Virus record (IMG/VR): IMGVR_UViG_2663762908_000009
DNA length: 35,487 nucleotides
DNA from: a virus
Taxonomy: Duplodnaviria > Heunggongvirae > Uroviricota > Caudoviricetes
Direction: 5' to 3' (one strand)
Below are positions 21,512 through 35,487 of this stretch, one piece after another (position 1 is the first letter of the stretch; every line of letters starts with the position of its first letter). The notes beneath the pieces were generated by a model. The model worked only from the letters and a program-made list of their open reading frames with translations. It made no database searches and was not told the DNA's origin. A program made the position numbers and the translations under genes.

Positions 21512-21628
21512 CTGACGTTCTACAAGTCCGGCACGTTCCGTTATGAGGATGTGCTCTGGCCGGAGGCTGCCAGCGATGAGACGAAAAAACGGACCGCGTT
21601 TGCCGGAACGGCAATCAGCATCGTTTAA
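21512..21628 (+). CDS. D: lambda-like head decoration protein D, C-terminal fragment
   Basis: [38 protein letters not shown]-stop. Confidence 0.8.
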
Positions 21629-21645
21629 CCTTACCCTTCATCACT

Positions 21646-21670
21646 AAAGGCCGCCTGTGCGGCTTTTTTT
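21646..21670 (+). terminator. D-E intergenic hairpin (GGCCGC-CTGT-GCGGC followed by a T-run)
   Basis: Stem-loop then TTTTTTT just before the E start. Confidence 0.5.
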
Positions 21671-21683
21671 ACGGGATTTTTTT

Positions 21684-22250
21684 ATGTCGATGTACACAAC
21701 CGCCCAGCTGCTGGCGGCAAATGAGCAGAAATTTAAGTTTGATCCGCTGTTTCTGCGTCTCTTTTTCCGTGAGAGCTATCCCTTCACCACGGAGAAAGTC
21801 TATCTCTCACAAATTCCGGGACTGGTAAACATGGCGCTGTACGTTTCGCCGATTGTTTCCGGTGAGGTTATCCGTTCCCGTGGCGGCTCCACCTCTGAAT
21901 TTACGCCGGGATATGTCAAACCCAAGCATGAGGTGAATCCGCAGATGACCCTGCGTCGCCTGCCGGATGAAGATCCGCAGAATCTGGCGGACCCGGCTTA
22001 CCGCCGCCGTCGCATCATCATGCAGAACATGCGTGACGAAGAGCTGGCCATTGCTCAGGTCGAAGAGATGCAGGCAGTTTCTGCCGTGCTCAAGGGCAAA
22101 TACACCATGACCGGTGAAGCCTTCGATCCGGTTGAGGTGGATATGGGCCGCAGTGCGGCGAACAACATCACACAGTCCGGCGTCACGGAGTGGAGCAAGC
22201 GTGACAAGTCCACGTATGACCCGACCGACGATATCGAAGCCTACGCGCTG
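21684..22250 (+). CDS. E: lambda-like major capsid protein E, N-terminal 189 codons
   Basis: MSMYTTAQLLAANEQKFKFDPLFLRLFFRESYPFTTEKVYLSQIPGLVNMALYVSPIVSGEVIRSRGG... Confidence 0.85.
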
Positions 22251-22261
22251 NNNNNNNNNNC

Positions 22262-22585
22262 ACGGTGAAGGTCACCAATGTGGGACGTCCGTCGATGGCA
22301 GAAGATCGCAGCACGGTGACGGCGACAACCGGCATGACGGTGACACCCGCCAGTGCTTCCGTAGTGAAAGGGCAGAGCACCACACTGACCGTGGCATTCC
22401 AGCCGGAGGGCGCAACCGACAAGAGCTTCCGTGCGGTGTCTGCGGATAAAACAAAAGCCACCGTGTCGGTCAGTGGTATGACCATCACCGTGAAAGGTGT
22501 TGCTGCAGGCAAGGTCAACATTCCGGTCGTATCCGGTAATGGTGAACTTGCTGCGGTTGCAGAAATCAACGTCACCGCCAGTTAA
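22262..22585 (+). CDS. V: lambda-like major tail protein V, C-terminal part (second allele)
   Basis: [38 protein letters not shown]...AEINVTAS-stop; differs at several residues from the copy at 8971..9361. Confidence 0.8.
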   Translation, partial: TVKVTNVGRPSMAEDRSTVTATTGMTVTPASASVVKGQSTTLTVAFQPEGATDKSFRAVSADKTKATVSVSGMTITVKGVAAGKVNIPVVSGNGELAAVAEINVTAS

Positions 22586-22600
22586 TCCGGAGAGTCAGCG

Positions 22601-22702
22601 ATGTTCCTGAAAACCGAATCATTTGAACATAACGGTGTGACCGTCACGCTTTCTGAACTGTCAGCCCTGCAGCGTATTGAGCATCTCGCCCTGATGAAAC
22701 GG
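22601..22702 (+). CDS. G: lambda-like G, N-terminal 34 codons
   Basis: MFLKTESFEHNGVTVTLSELSALQRIEHLALMKR. Confidence 0.75.
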
Positions 22703-23057
22703 NNNNNNNNNNCCTCCAATAAGTAGCGGTAAATGCCACCACCGGAGTTCCTACGCTCATGGGTGGTGACCCGAACGGGGGTAGGAATACCGGCCTTATT
22801 GGAAACCGGCCAGCCCGAAGGCTGCCCCGCCCGGACCACCATTATCTGAAAAGGGCTAAGGTATAAGCACCGCAGCCCGAAAAATGGGTGTGCCTGAGCA
22901 ACGACGTAAAAAAAGACGCACGGCGCGTCTGGTGTCGCCAATAAGTAACTCGGGTTCCTACGCCCGGCAGCCGATTTTGCGGCTGCGGGAAAACTATACC
23001 TGGAAAAGATATCAGGACGCAAGCCAGAAAAAAGGAGATGAGACTGCAAAGCCAGTT

Positions 23058-23318
23058 TCACGCATGGCCTCCTTGCTCGCGGGCAGCAATTCGCGCCGCC
23101 ATCCATGCACTGACCTCCGACTGTACCCAGGCCACATTTTTTCCACCCAGTGATATCTGCTGCGGGAAGGCATCGCGGCTGATAAGGTCGTAGATGGTTG
23201 AACGGGATAGCCCGCAAAGGTGCATCACTTCAGGTAATCGTATGAAGCGCTCCTGCTGAGCCGGAACCGGGAGCACCGGAGCAGCTGGTGCCGGGGTGGA
23301 AACGGAAATACTATTCAT
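23058..23318 (-). CDS. alpA: AlpA-family regulator of a P4-like satellite (copy A)
   Basis: FIRLPEVMHLCGLSRSTIYDLISRDAFPQQISLGGKNVAWVQSEVSAWMAARIA; AGAGAGG RBS. Confidence 0.8.
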   Translation of the reverse strand: MNSISVSTPAPAAPVLPVPAQQERFIRLPEVMHLCGLSRSTIYDLISRDAFPQQISLGGKNVAWVQSEVSAWMAARIAAREQGGHA

Positions 23319-23960
23319 CTGGCTACCTCTCTAATATGTTTACAACAGTCCGGGCAATTCCATCCGGATTCAGGTAGCTCCTTATTATGTTTATATAAGC
23401 GGCTCGCGCATGCTTTATTTATTTGGAGTGAAATGTTGATTTCTCAAAAAATAAAACAGCTAAATACCGTATAAAACGGACAAAAACAAACCATTCCTTT
23501 ATGAAATATAATAAGGAGCATCAAGAATAAAAAAATCTATTACACCAGGCAGGATCACAGTTCAAACCTGAAACAGGCCATGCCATTCCGGGATTTACAT
23601 CATAAGGACGAAGACATCGGAATAATAAAAGAGCTAAAAACGACCAGGGCAAAACAGTTCATCATATGTATTAATTAAGTTACTGACTAAATAAATCAAA
23701 TTATTTTTATCCTTCCGCATGTATCCGCATGTGTTTAATGAGCATCAGATAGATTCATTTTTATGAGTATTTCCCCGAAATGCAACAGGGTGACGGGAGG
23801 TTGAATGTTGAATTATTAAACAGAAATAAGACACCTTTAATTCTATACGTCGAATAGTGCTGAATACTTGTGAAAAGTGGTGAGGGAAAAAAAGCCAGTA
23901 ATAAACTGAAATAAACATCGCGGCTTATATGAGAAAAAAATATAAGTGTAATTTTATTTC

Positions 23961-24064
23961 TGTGAACAGTCATGAACAGTAGATGACCACTACCACTCAA
24001 ACACTACACCCCTCAACCCCATGTATTTACTATCTTTTTACTAAGGTGAACAGTAGTGAATAGT
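23961..24064. repeat. cluster of P4 ori/crr-type iterons (TGTTCACC-like octamers, here as GGTGAACA / TGTGAACA / ATGAACAG)
   Basis: At least four octamer-like repeats within about 100 bp in an AT-rich ORF-free region. Confidence 0.4.
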
Positions 24065-24223
24065 TTGTATTAAAGGAAGGGTGAATATCAGACATGACGC
24101 CTTTCTCTGGCTAGCCAGAACAAGGTCATTGTTCTGTCACTGGCACAATCCCCCTCGGTAGTGCCCTTGTATGAGTACCGGCACAATTGACACGACAACA
24201 AAACACTAATGGTGGATGCATTA

Positions 24224-24316
24224 ATGCGTGCTAATGCATCAGCCAGTTTCACCCCGGCAAAACATAAAGTTTTCCTGGCTCGCCTCAACAGACTTAATGC
24301 AAAAGGAGGGTACTGA
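24224..24316 (+). pseudogene. psu remnant: only the last ~25 codons of a Psu-like gene remain
   Basis: MRANASASFTPAKHKVFLARLNRLNAKGGY-stop matches the C-terminus of the intact Psu-like ORF 25482..26036. Confidence 0.5.
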
Positions 24317-24317
24317 T

Positions 24318-24590
24318 ATGGCCCTGAAATGTCCTGAATGTGGCACGGTCGCTCATGCCAGAACCAGCGCCTATGAAGCCCCATCGGTTAAGCGCTCATG
24401 GTATCAGTGCCAGAATCTTGAATGTTCGTGCACATTTACTGCCCTTGAAAGTGTCGACACGATAATTATGAAACCCCATAAACCAACGGCGCCGGAGCCT
24501 AAATCGAGGAGCGATTCCCTCGAGCGTCAGCCACAGCCCCTGGGCCGCTACGGTTCAGCCTGTACTCTTAAAGACCGTCATGCACAATAA
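24318..24590 (+). CDS. Ogr/Delta-family zinc-finger late transcription activator (copy A)
   Basis: MALKCPECGTVAHARTSAYEAPSVKRSWYQCQNLECSCTF: CxxC...CxxxxC as in P2 Ogr / P4 delta; AGGAGG RBS. Confidence 0.7.
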   Translation: MALKCPECGTVAHARTSAYEAPSVKRSWYQCQNLECSCTFTALESVDTIIMKPHKPTAPEPKSRSDSLERQPQPLGRYGSACTLKDRHAQ

Positions 24591-24609
24591 AATGAGGAGG
24601 AACAACGAT

Positions 24610-24804
24610 ATGGCAGAACAACAATTGACGGAAAAACAGATTCAGGCTGCAACCGGACATGTAGTGACACTCCTCGCAAGGGCAAAGAAACCGCTTCAGG
24701 ATGCGGATTGGCTCATGAATTTGCCTGCAAATGAAATAGCCCGCGAGACGGAAAAACTGACAAAAAGCCTTTCCTCCGACTGGCAGTCCCGAATTATCGA
24801 CCTT
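24610..24804 (+). CDS. hypothetical protein downstream of delta (copy A), 3' end lost at contig edge
   Basis: GAGGAGG RBS; MAEQQLTEKQIQAATGHVVTLLARAKKPLQDADWLMNLPANEIARETEKLTKSLSSDWQSRIIDL...; no family recognised. Confidence 0.5.
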
Positions 24805-24815
24805 NNNNNNNNNNA

Positions 24816-25049
24816 ATCCAGCTCTGAATCCGGCACCTGAGCAGGCAGGAAAACTTCAATATGCAGCTCCGCCTGCCAGGTATCGCTGTCCAGCTCTTCG
24901 CCCGTGTATTCAGCGCCGGTGAGATAAACGGCAATTGCCGGAAAATCTTCCTCATCAAAAACAGCGGGGCGACCATCAAAAAGCGTCGCCCCGGTGTCAT
25001 GCTTCTCCAGTGCATCCAGTACGGCTGCACGGAGTTCAGTATGTTTCAT
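24816..25049 (-). CDS. U: lambda-like tail terminator U, N-terminal 78 codons
   Basis: MKHTELRAAVLDALEKHDTGATLFDGRPAVFDEEDFPAIAVYLTGAEYTGEELDSDTWQAELHIEVFLPAQVPDSELD. Confidence 0.8.
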
Positions 25050-25059
25050 NNNNNNNNNN

Positions 25060-25188
25060 GATTTCATTTGCAGGCAAATTCATGAGCCAATCCGCATCCT
25101 GAAGCGGTTTTTTTGCCCTCGCGAGGAGTGTTACTACGTGTCCGGTTGCGGCCTGAATCTGGTTTTCCGTCAATTGTTGTTCTGTCAT
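25060..25188 (-). CDS. hypothetical protein downstream of delta (copy B), 3' end lost at contig edge
   Basis: MTEQQLTENQIQAATGHVVTLLARAKKPLQDADWLMNLPANEI..., near-identical to 24610..24804. Confidence 0.5.
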
Positions 25189-25207
25189 ATTTTTGTTCCT
25201 CCCCAAT

Positions 25208-25480
25208 TTATTGTGCATGACGGTCTTTAAGGGTACAGGCTGAACCGTAGCGGCCCAGTGTATGCGGCTGACGTACAAGAGAATCGCTCTGTGATTCAGG
25301 TTCAGGCGCCACTGGTTTATGGGGCTTCATAATTATCGTGTCCACACTTTCCAGGGCAGTAAATGTGCAGGAGCATTCAAGATTCTGGCACTGATACCAT
25401 GAGCGTTTAACCGATGGAGCTTCATAGGCGCTGGTTCTGGCGTGTGCGACCGTGCCACATTCAGGACATTTCAGGGCCAT
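25208..25480 (-). CDS. Ogr/Delta-family zinc-finger late transcription activator (copy B)
   Basis: Same CxxC...CxxxxC protein as copy A with a few substitutions. Confidence 0.7.
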   Translation of the reverse strand: MALKCPECGTVAHARTSAYEAPSVKRSWYQCQNLECSCTFTALESVDTIIMKPHKPVAPEPESQSDSLVRQPHTLGRYGSACTLKDRHAQ

Positions 25481-25481
25481 A

Positions 25482-26036
25482 TCAGTCCCCTCCTTTTTCA
25501 TTAAGCCTGTTGAGGCGGGCCAGAAAAACTTTATGTTTTGCCGGGGTGAAAATGGCTGAAGCATCAGCTCGCATTGATGCATCCACCGTTAATCCGGTTT
25601 CGTCGATAACGCTCTTATATGCTGCTGAAATTACAGGAGTACGGATTTCGGTTTGTCGGACTACAGCGGTGCGTAATATTTTCATTGCCGCCTCAAGCCC
25701 GTATGGTGCGCAAAGAAAAGGAGCCAGAGCGTCAGTGAGTGCATTACCATGCTCGCTCATGAAGTTTTCAGTTGCGCCTGTAACACAGCTTTCCAGCACA
25801 ATCTGGTGAGCATAAAGACCGTCCCTGGCGGCGCAGTTAATCTGCCATTCGAGGAGAGCAATACGCTCACGAAGATTCTCAAGCTGGCTGGCATATGCTG
25901 CCGGTTTTTCTTCAGTATCCAGCAGAGCCGCCAGACGAAGTTGGCTGGTACTTTGCACATTACGTAGTGTCAGCCAGCTTTTTATCGCCGCGCGATAGTT
26001 GTTGAGAGCTTCCTTAGTAATGTTTCCAGGATTCAT
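25482..26036 (-). CDS. Psu-like protein (P4 polarity suppression / capsid decoration homologue)
   Basis: 184 aa; position between sid-like and delta-like genes; ...HGNALTDALAPFL... resembles P4 Psu. Confidence 0.5.
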   Translation of the reverse strand: MNPGNITKEALNNYRAAIKSWLTLRNVQSTSQLRLAALLDTEEKPAAYASQLENLRERIALLEWQINCAARDGLYAHQIVLESCVTGATENFMSEHGNALTDALAPFLCAPYGLEAAMKILRTAVVRQTEIRTPVISAAYKSVIDETGLTVDASMRADASAIFTPAKHKVFLARLNRLNEKGGD

Positions 26037-26785
26037 CCTTTCTCTTCCCCTTTAACCATGTCACGCTGTTTAAGCATCCGGGAACGCGCTGCAGGGCTGG
26101 GTGATTGCCTGGCATCCTGTAGGGCTTTATCGTCCGCATAAATGCTAATCCCCGGCAGGGCAATAACATCCGTTGAAGATACGTTACAGGACAGTGCCGG
26201 AGCGGTGAGTTGCTCGCTGATAAATTGCTTCAGCACACTTTCGGGGTCGTTTACGGTATGAACTACGCCGATAACGGAAGAAGCGCTTCGCCCCAGAGTC
26301 ATTTTCAGCAATCCAAGGATCTGAATAAGTTTCTGGCCGTGTTCCTTCATAAACTCATTCCAGAGCCACTCTGCATGAGTTTCAATCAGCCGGTTATGTT
26401 CGCTGATGTAGCGGTTTGCAGCATCCGCAGTTTTCCAGGGCAGGAATTCTTTTTCTGCGGCGTGAGCTTCAAGCAAATCTTCGAACTCATCAAGTGTTTC
26501 GCGTCCCAGGGCGATTTCTGCACGCAGTTTTTTCATTCGTGGCGTCATATTCCCCTGATTCTCACGAAACAGGTTTCGCCATTCATCATTAAGCGCCTGC
26601 GTCTCCGTTTTTGTATCTTCCTGACGTTTACGGATAGTTTCAGTCATTGCAGCGGCTTCAGTTTGTATTCGCCGTTCTTCCTGCCAGACAGCTTTTGCTG
26701 CTTTAACTTTTTCTACCGCTTCGCGAATTTTCGGTGGGAGGGAGGGTGTAATGTTTGCATCAGGGATCTGGTTAACAGTTGTCAT
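26033..26785 (-). CDS. Sid-like protein (P4 capsid size determination homologue)
   Basis: About 250-aa alpha/coiled-coil-rich ORF overlapping the psu start by 4 nt; GGAG RBS before ATG 26785 (the longer ORF to 26818 starts at TTG). Confidence 0.45.
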   Translation of the reverse strand: MTTVNQIPDANITPSLPPKIREAVEKVKAAKAVWQEERRIQTEAAAMTETIRKRQEDTKTETQALNDEWRNLFRENQGNMTPRMKKLRAEIALGRETLDEFEDLLEAHAAEKEFLPWKTADAANRYISEHNRLIETHAEWLWNEFMKEHGQKLIQILGLLKMTLGRSASSVIGVVHTVNDPESVLKQFISEQLTAPALSCNVSSTDVIALPGISIYADDKALQDARQSPSPAARSRMLKQRDMVKGEEKG

Positions 26786-26940
26786 GGCTGCTCCGGTAGT
26801 GTTTTGTTGTTGTGTCAATTGTGCCGGTGCCCATACAAGCGCACTACCGATGAGGATTGTGCCAGTGACTGAACAATGACCTTGTTCTGGCTAGCCAGAG
26901 AAAGGTGTCATGTCTGAGCTTCACCCTTCCTTTAATACAT

Positions 26941-27044
26941 ACTATTCACTACTGTTCACTTTCATAAAAGAATAGTAAATACATGTGGTTAAGGAGTGCA
27001 GGGTTTAAATAAAAGTGGTCATCTACTGTTCATGACTGTTCACA
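26941..27044. repeat. cluster of P4 ori/crr-type iterons (ACTGTTCAC / ACTGTTCAT), copy B
   Basis: Mirror image of the copy A cluster, same place between sid and alpA. Confidence 0.4.
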
Positions 27045-27688
27045 GAGATAAATTTAACTTATATTTGTTTTTCATATAAATCGCGATATTTATTTCAGTT
27101 TATTACTGGATTTTTATTCCTCACCACTATTCACACGTATTCAACACTATTCAATATACAGTATAAAACGTGTCTTATGTCTGTTTAAAAATTCAACACT
27201 TAACCTCCCTACACTCGGTTGCATTTCAGGAAAATATCCATAAAAATGAATCTGTCTGATGCTCATTAAACACATCCGGATAAATTCGGAAGGATGCGGG
27301 TAATTTAATTTTTTTAGCCATTAACTTAATTAATACATATGATGAACTGTTTTTTATGAACGTTTTTTGGCCCTTTTATTATTCCGGCGCTGTTTTCATC
27401 CTTATGATGTAACGCCCGGAATGATATGGTCTGGTACAGACTTGAGCGGCGATCCTGCCTGGTGTAATAGACTTTTTTATTCTTGAAGCTCCTTATTATA
27501 TTCCATGAAGGAATGATTTGTTTTTGTCCGTTTTATCCGGTTTTTAGCTGTTTTATTTTTTGAGAAGTCAATATTTCTCTCTAATTAAATAAAGCATGCG
27601 CGAGCCGCTTATATGAACATAATAAGGAACTACCTGAATCCGGATGGAATTGTCCGGACTACTGAAAACATATTAGAGAGGTAGCGAA

Positions 27689-27949
27689 ATGCATACTATT
27701 TCCGTTTCCACCCCAGCACCAGCTGCTCCGGTGCTCCCGATTCCGACTGAGCAGGAGCGCTTCATACGATTACCTGAAGTGATGCACCTTTGCGGGCTAT
27801 CCCGTTCAACCATCTACGACCTTATCAGCCGTGATGCCTTCCCGCAGCAGATCTCCCTGGGTGGAAAAAATGTTGCCTGGGTACAGTCGGAGGTCAATGC
27901 ATGGATGGCGGCGCGAATTGCAGCCCGCGAGCAAGGAGACCATGCGTGA
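27689..27949 (+). CDS. alpA: AlpA-family regulator of a P4-like satellite (copy B)
   Basis: MHTISVSTPAPAAPVLPIPTEQERFIRLPEVMHLCGLSRSTIYDLISRDAFPQQISLGGKNVAWVQSEV. Confidence 0.8.
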   Translation: MHTISVSTPAPAAPVLPIPTEQERFIRLPEVMHLCGLSRSTIYDLISRDAFPQQISLGGKNVAWVQSEVNAWMAARIAAREQGDHA

Positions 27950-28453
27950 ATCTGGCTTTGCAGTCTCATCTCTTTTTTTGTGGCTTGCGTCCTGGCAAGC
28001 TTTCCAGTTATAGTTTTTCTGCTGCCGCAAAATCGGCAGCCGGGATTTGCAGCCCGTGTAACTTATTGGCGACACAGCACGCGTCGAGCGTGTTTTTTTA
28101 TGTCGTTGCTCAGGCACACCTATTTTTCGGGCTGTGGTGCTTACACCGTGGCTCCTGTCAGATAATGGTGGTCCGGGCGGGGCAGCCTTCGGGCTGGCCG
28201 GTTTCCAATAAGGCCGGTACTGCAAACCCCGTCCGGGCCATCACCCATGAGATTTGCAGCTCTGGTGGTGGCAATAACCGCTACTTATTGGAGATTGCCC
28301 TTATGGCTACGATCCTCGCCCCATCACATCCTCAATTTATATTTGTTTTTGCCGCCGTTCNNNNNNNNNNTAAAAATTCGCTTTTTTAGCGCAATGTCAC
28401 TGACCTTAGTTGAACATTGTTTTTTAACGGATAGCGGGTTTTTAACATCTTAA

Positions 28454-28487
28454 GCGCCCTCGACCTTTATGGTTGAGGGCGTTTTGC
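28454..28487 (+). terminator. intrinsic terminator hairpin (GCGCCCTCGACC-TTTAT-GGTTGAGGGCG then TTTTGC)
   Basis: 10-11 bp GC-rich stem followed by a T-run, about 190 nt upstream of yeeJ. Confidence 0.5.
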
Positions 28488-28678
28488 TATGAACGCCATC
28501 ACCATTTTCCCCTCGATTATAAAACTTGAGTTATTCAGTAGTCTCCCCTCTTGCAACTCACACCCAAAACTGCCTAACGAAAAGTTATTAATTTTCAATC
28601 ATATTGCTATCAGTATTTACATTTTTTCGCTGTGCTAGAAAGGGCGCATTTATGTTAGCTCGTTCAGGGAAGGTAAGC

Positions 28679-34033
<5,355 letters not shown>

Positions 34034-34069
34034 GTAAACTCTCAGTCAGAGGTGACTCANNNNNNNNNN

Positions 34070-34378
34070 TATATTGAACGGGCGCGGCGGCAGGTTATCC
34101 ACCACCACCGAGGCCAGATACTGCGAGGTGGTTTTGCCCTTAATGGTGATGTCTTTTTCCGTCACCCAGCCACCATTACGCTGTATCTGAACCAGCAGGC
34201 GGACTTCCGACGGATTCCGGTCCCCCTTTGAGGTGGTTTCCACCAGTGCCTGTACACCGAAGGTAAAGCGCAGACGGTCGATGTTTGCAGACGTAATGGC
34301 CCGGGTGATCGGCGTGTCATATTTCACTTCCGTACCCAGCACCGTCTCGGAGCCGGAGGATTCAAATCCCTCCGGCGG
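34070..34378 (-). CDS. J: lambda-like host specificity protein J, N-terminal-region fragment
   Basis: LGTEVKYDTPITRAITSANIDRLRFTFGVQALVETTSKGDRNPSEVRLLVQIQRNGGWVTEKDITIKGKTTSQYLASVVVDNLPPRPFNI. Confidence 0.8.
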
Positions 34379-34389
34379 NNNNNNNNNNG

Positions 34390-34707
34390 ATTGATATCAC
34401 CGGCGACAGTGCGACGGTGGATAACAAGGGCACCATGACCGTCACCGATCCGGAGTCCATGGGTATCCAGATCGACGGTGACAAGGCGGTTGTTAACAAC
34501 GAAGACGACAGTTCCATCACCAACGGCGGCACCGGCACCCAGATTAATGGTGATGACGCCACGGCAAACAACAACGGCAAAACCACCGTTGACGGCAAGG
34601 ATTCCACCGGTACGGAAATCAACGGTAATAACGGAAAAGTTATTCAGGACGGCGATCTGGATGTCAGCGGCGGCGGTCACGGGATTGATATCACCGGCGA
34701 CAGCGCG
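34390..34707 (+). CDS. repeat region of a large surface adhesin (autotransporter-passenger-like), internal fragment
   Basis: IDITGDSATVDNKGTMTVTDPESMGIQIDGDKAVVNNEDDSSITNGGTGTQINGDD...GIDITGDSA; the same GATTGATATCACCGGCGACAG sequence at both contig edges. Confidence 0.45.
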
Positions 34708-34718
34708 NNNNNNNNNNA

Positions 34719-34790
34719 TTCCAGGCTTGTCTGTAATCGGGGATAACAGAAATATGTTCCATCAATTTTTTAAGTTCCATTTTGTTCTCC
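34719..34790 (-). CDS. ISAs1-family (H-repeat, YhhI-like) transposase, first 24 codons
   Basis: MELKKLMEHISVIPDYRQAWN matches the YhhI/H-rpt N-terminus. Confidence 0.6.
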
Positions 34791-34923
34791 TTAATTATGT
34801 AAGGAGTATTTGATCCAAGGCAAGATTACGAAAGCCCGCTCCCCGCAAGGACTGACGCCAGATAGTTTCTGTCCATGGCTGCTTTTCGCATCTTACGTCT
34901 TAACCCTGCCTTNNNNNNNNNNA

Positions 34924-35487
34924 CTGAAGGGGGGATGGAACCTGTATGGATATCAATTGAATCCGATATCAGACATCGACCCCCTGGGTTTATCTATGTG
35001 GGAGGATGCAAAATCGGGGGCATGTACTAATGGTCTTTGCGGCACACTATCCGCTATGATAGGTCCAGATAAATTTGATTCTATAGATAGCACCGCATAT
35101 GACGCCTTAAATAAAATAAATAGCCAATCTATTTGCGAAGATAAAGAGTTCGCTGGTTTAATATGTAAGGATAATAGTGGCAGATATTTCTCAACAGCAC
35201 CTAACCGAGGAGAAAGAAAAGGATCATATCCATTCAATAGCCCTTGCCCTAATGGTACTGAGAAAGTATCAGCTTATCATACTCATGGTGCAGATAGTCA
35301 TGGAGAATATTGGGACGAAATATTTTCAGGTAAAGATGAGAAAATAGTTAAAAGTAAAGATAACAATATCAAGTCATTTTATTTAGGTACGCCCAGTGGT
35401 AATTTTAAAGCAATAGATAACCACGGGAAGGAAATAACAAACAGAAAAGGATTACCTAATGTCTGCAGAGTTCATGGTAATATGTAA
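34924..35487 (+). CDS. Rhs/YD-repeat protein C-terminal tip: end of the Rhs core (DPLGL boundary) plus a ~164-aa unassigned C-terminal toxin domain
   Basis: GGWNLYGYQLNPISDIDPLGL boundary motif; AT-rich tail with C-x5-C, AYHTHGADSHGEYWDEIFSGKD; stop is the last codon of the window. Confidence 0.6.
   Translation: MKGGWNLYGYQLNPISDIDPLGLSMWEDAKSGACTNGLCGTLSAMIGPDKFDSIDSTAYDALNKINSQSICEDKEFAGLICKDNSGRYFSTAPNRGERKGSYPFNSPCPNGTEKVSAYHTHGADSHGEYWDEIFSGKDEKIVKSKDNNIKSFYLGTPSGNFKAIDNHGKEITNRKGLPNVCRVHGNM

Noticed and set aside
22582-23217. 211-aa minus-strand ORF and 27901..28389 plus-strand ORF over the GC-rich region beside alpA
   Set aside because: Low-complexity Ala/Arg/Pro-rich translations overlapping alpA and conserved at nucleotide rather than protein level; more consistent with structured non-coding RNA

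Overview
This window is not one contiguous locus. It is a scaffold of about 29 short contigs joined by runs of exactly 10 N, so gene order across any N-run cannot be trusted. The content looks Escherichia/Shigella-like: fragments of lambda-like prophage structural genes (G, K, I, U, V, D, E, J, lom, tail fibres), many insertion-sequence ends (IS1, IS3, an IS66-family element, an IS2-like pseudogene, an ISAs1/H-rpt start, a TnpB fragment, a truncated Tn3-family transposase), and a few chromosomal genes (yeeJ cut by IS3, rclA with an IS1 downstream, yfeC/yfeD, tandem tRNA-Ala). No complete, clearly novel multi-gene system is visible. The best candidates for follow-up are (1) an AT-rich 308-aa ORF of no recognisable family sitting upstream of a YfjP/YeeP-type GTPase and divergent from an alpA gene, (2) an Rhs C-terminal tip with an unassigned toxin domain ending exactly at the window edge, and (3) two P4-like satellite modules whose variable cargo region begins with an unassigned gene that is cut off at contig ends in both copies. 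All identifications are from reading translations against remembered protein families; no database search was run.
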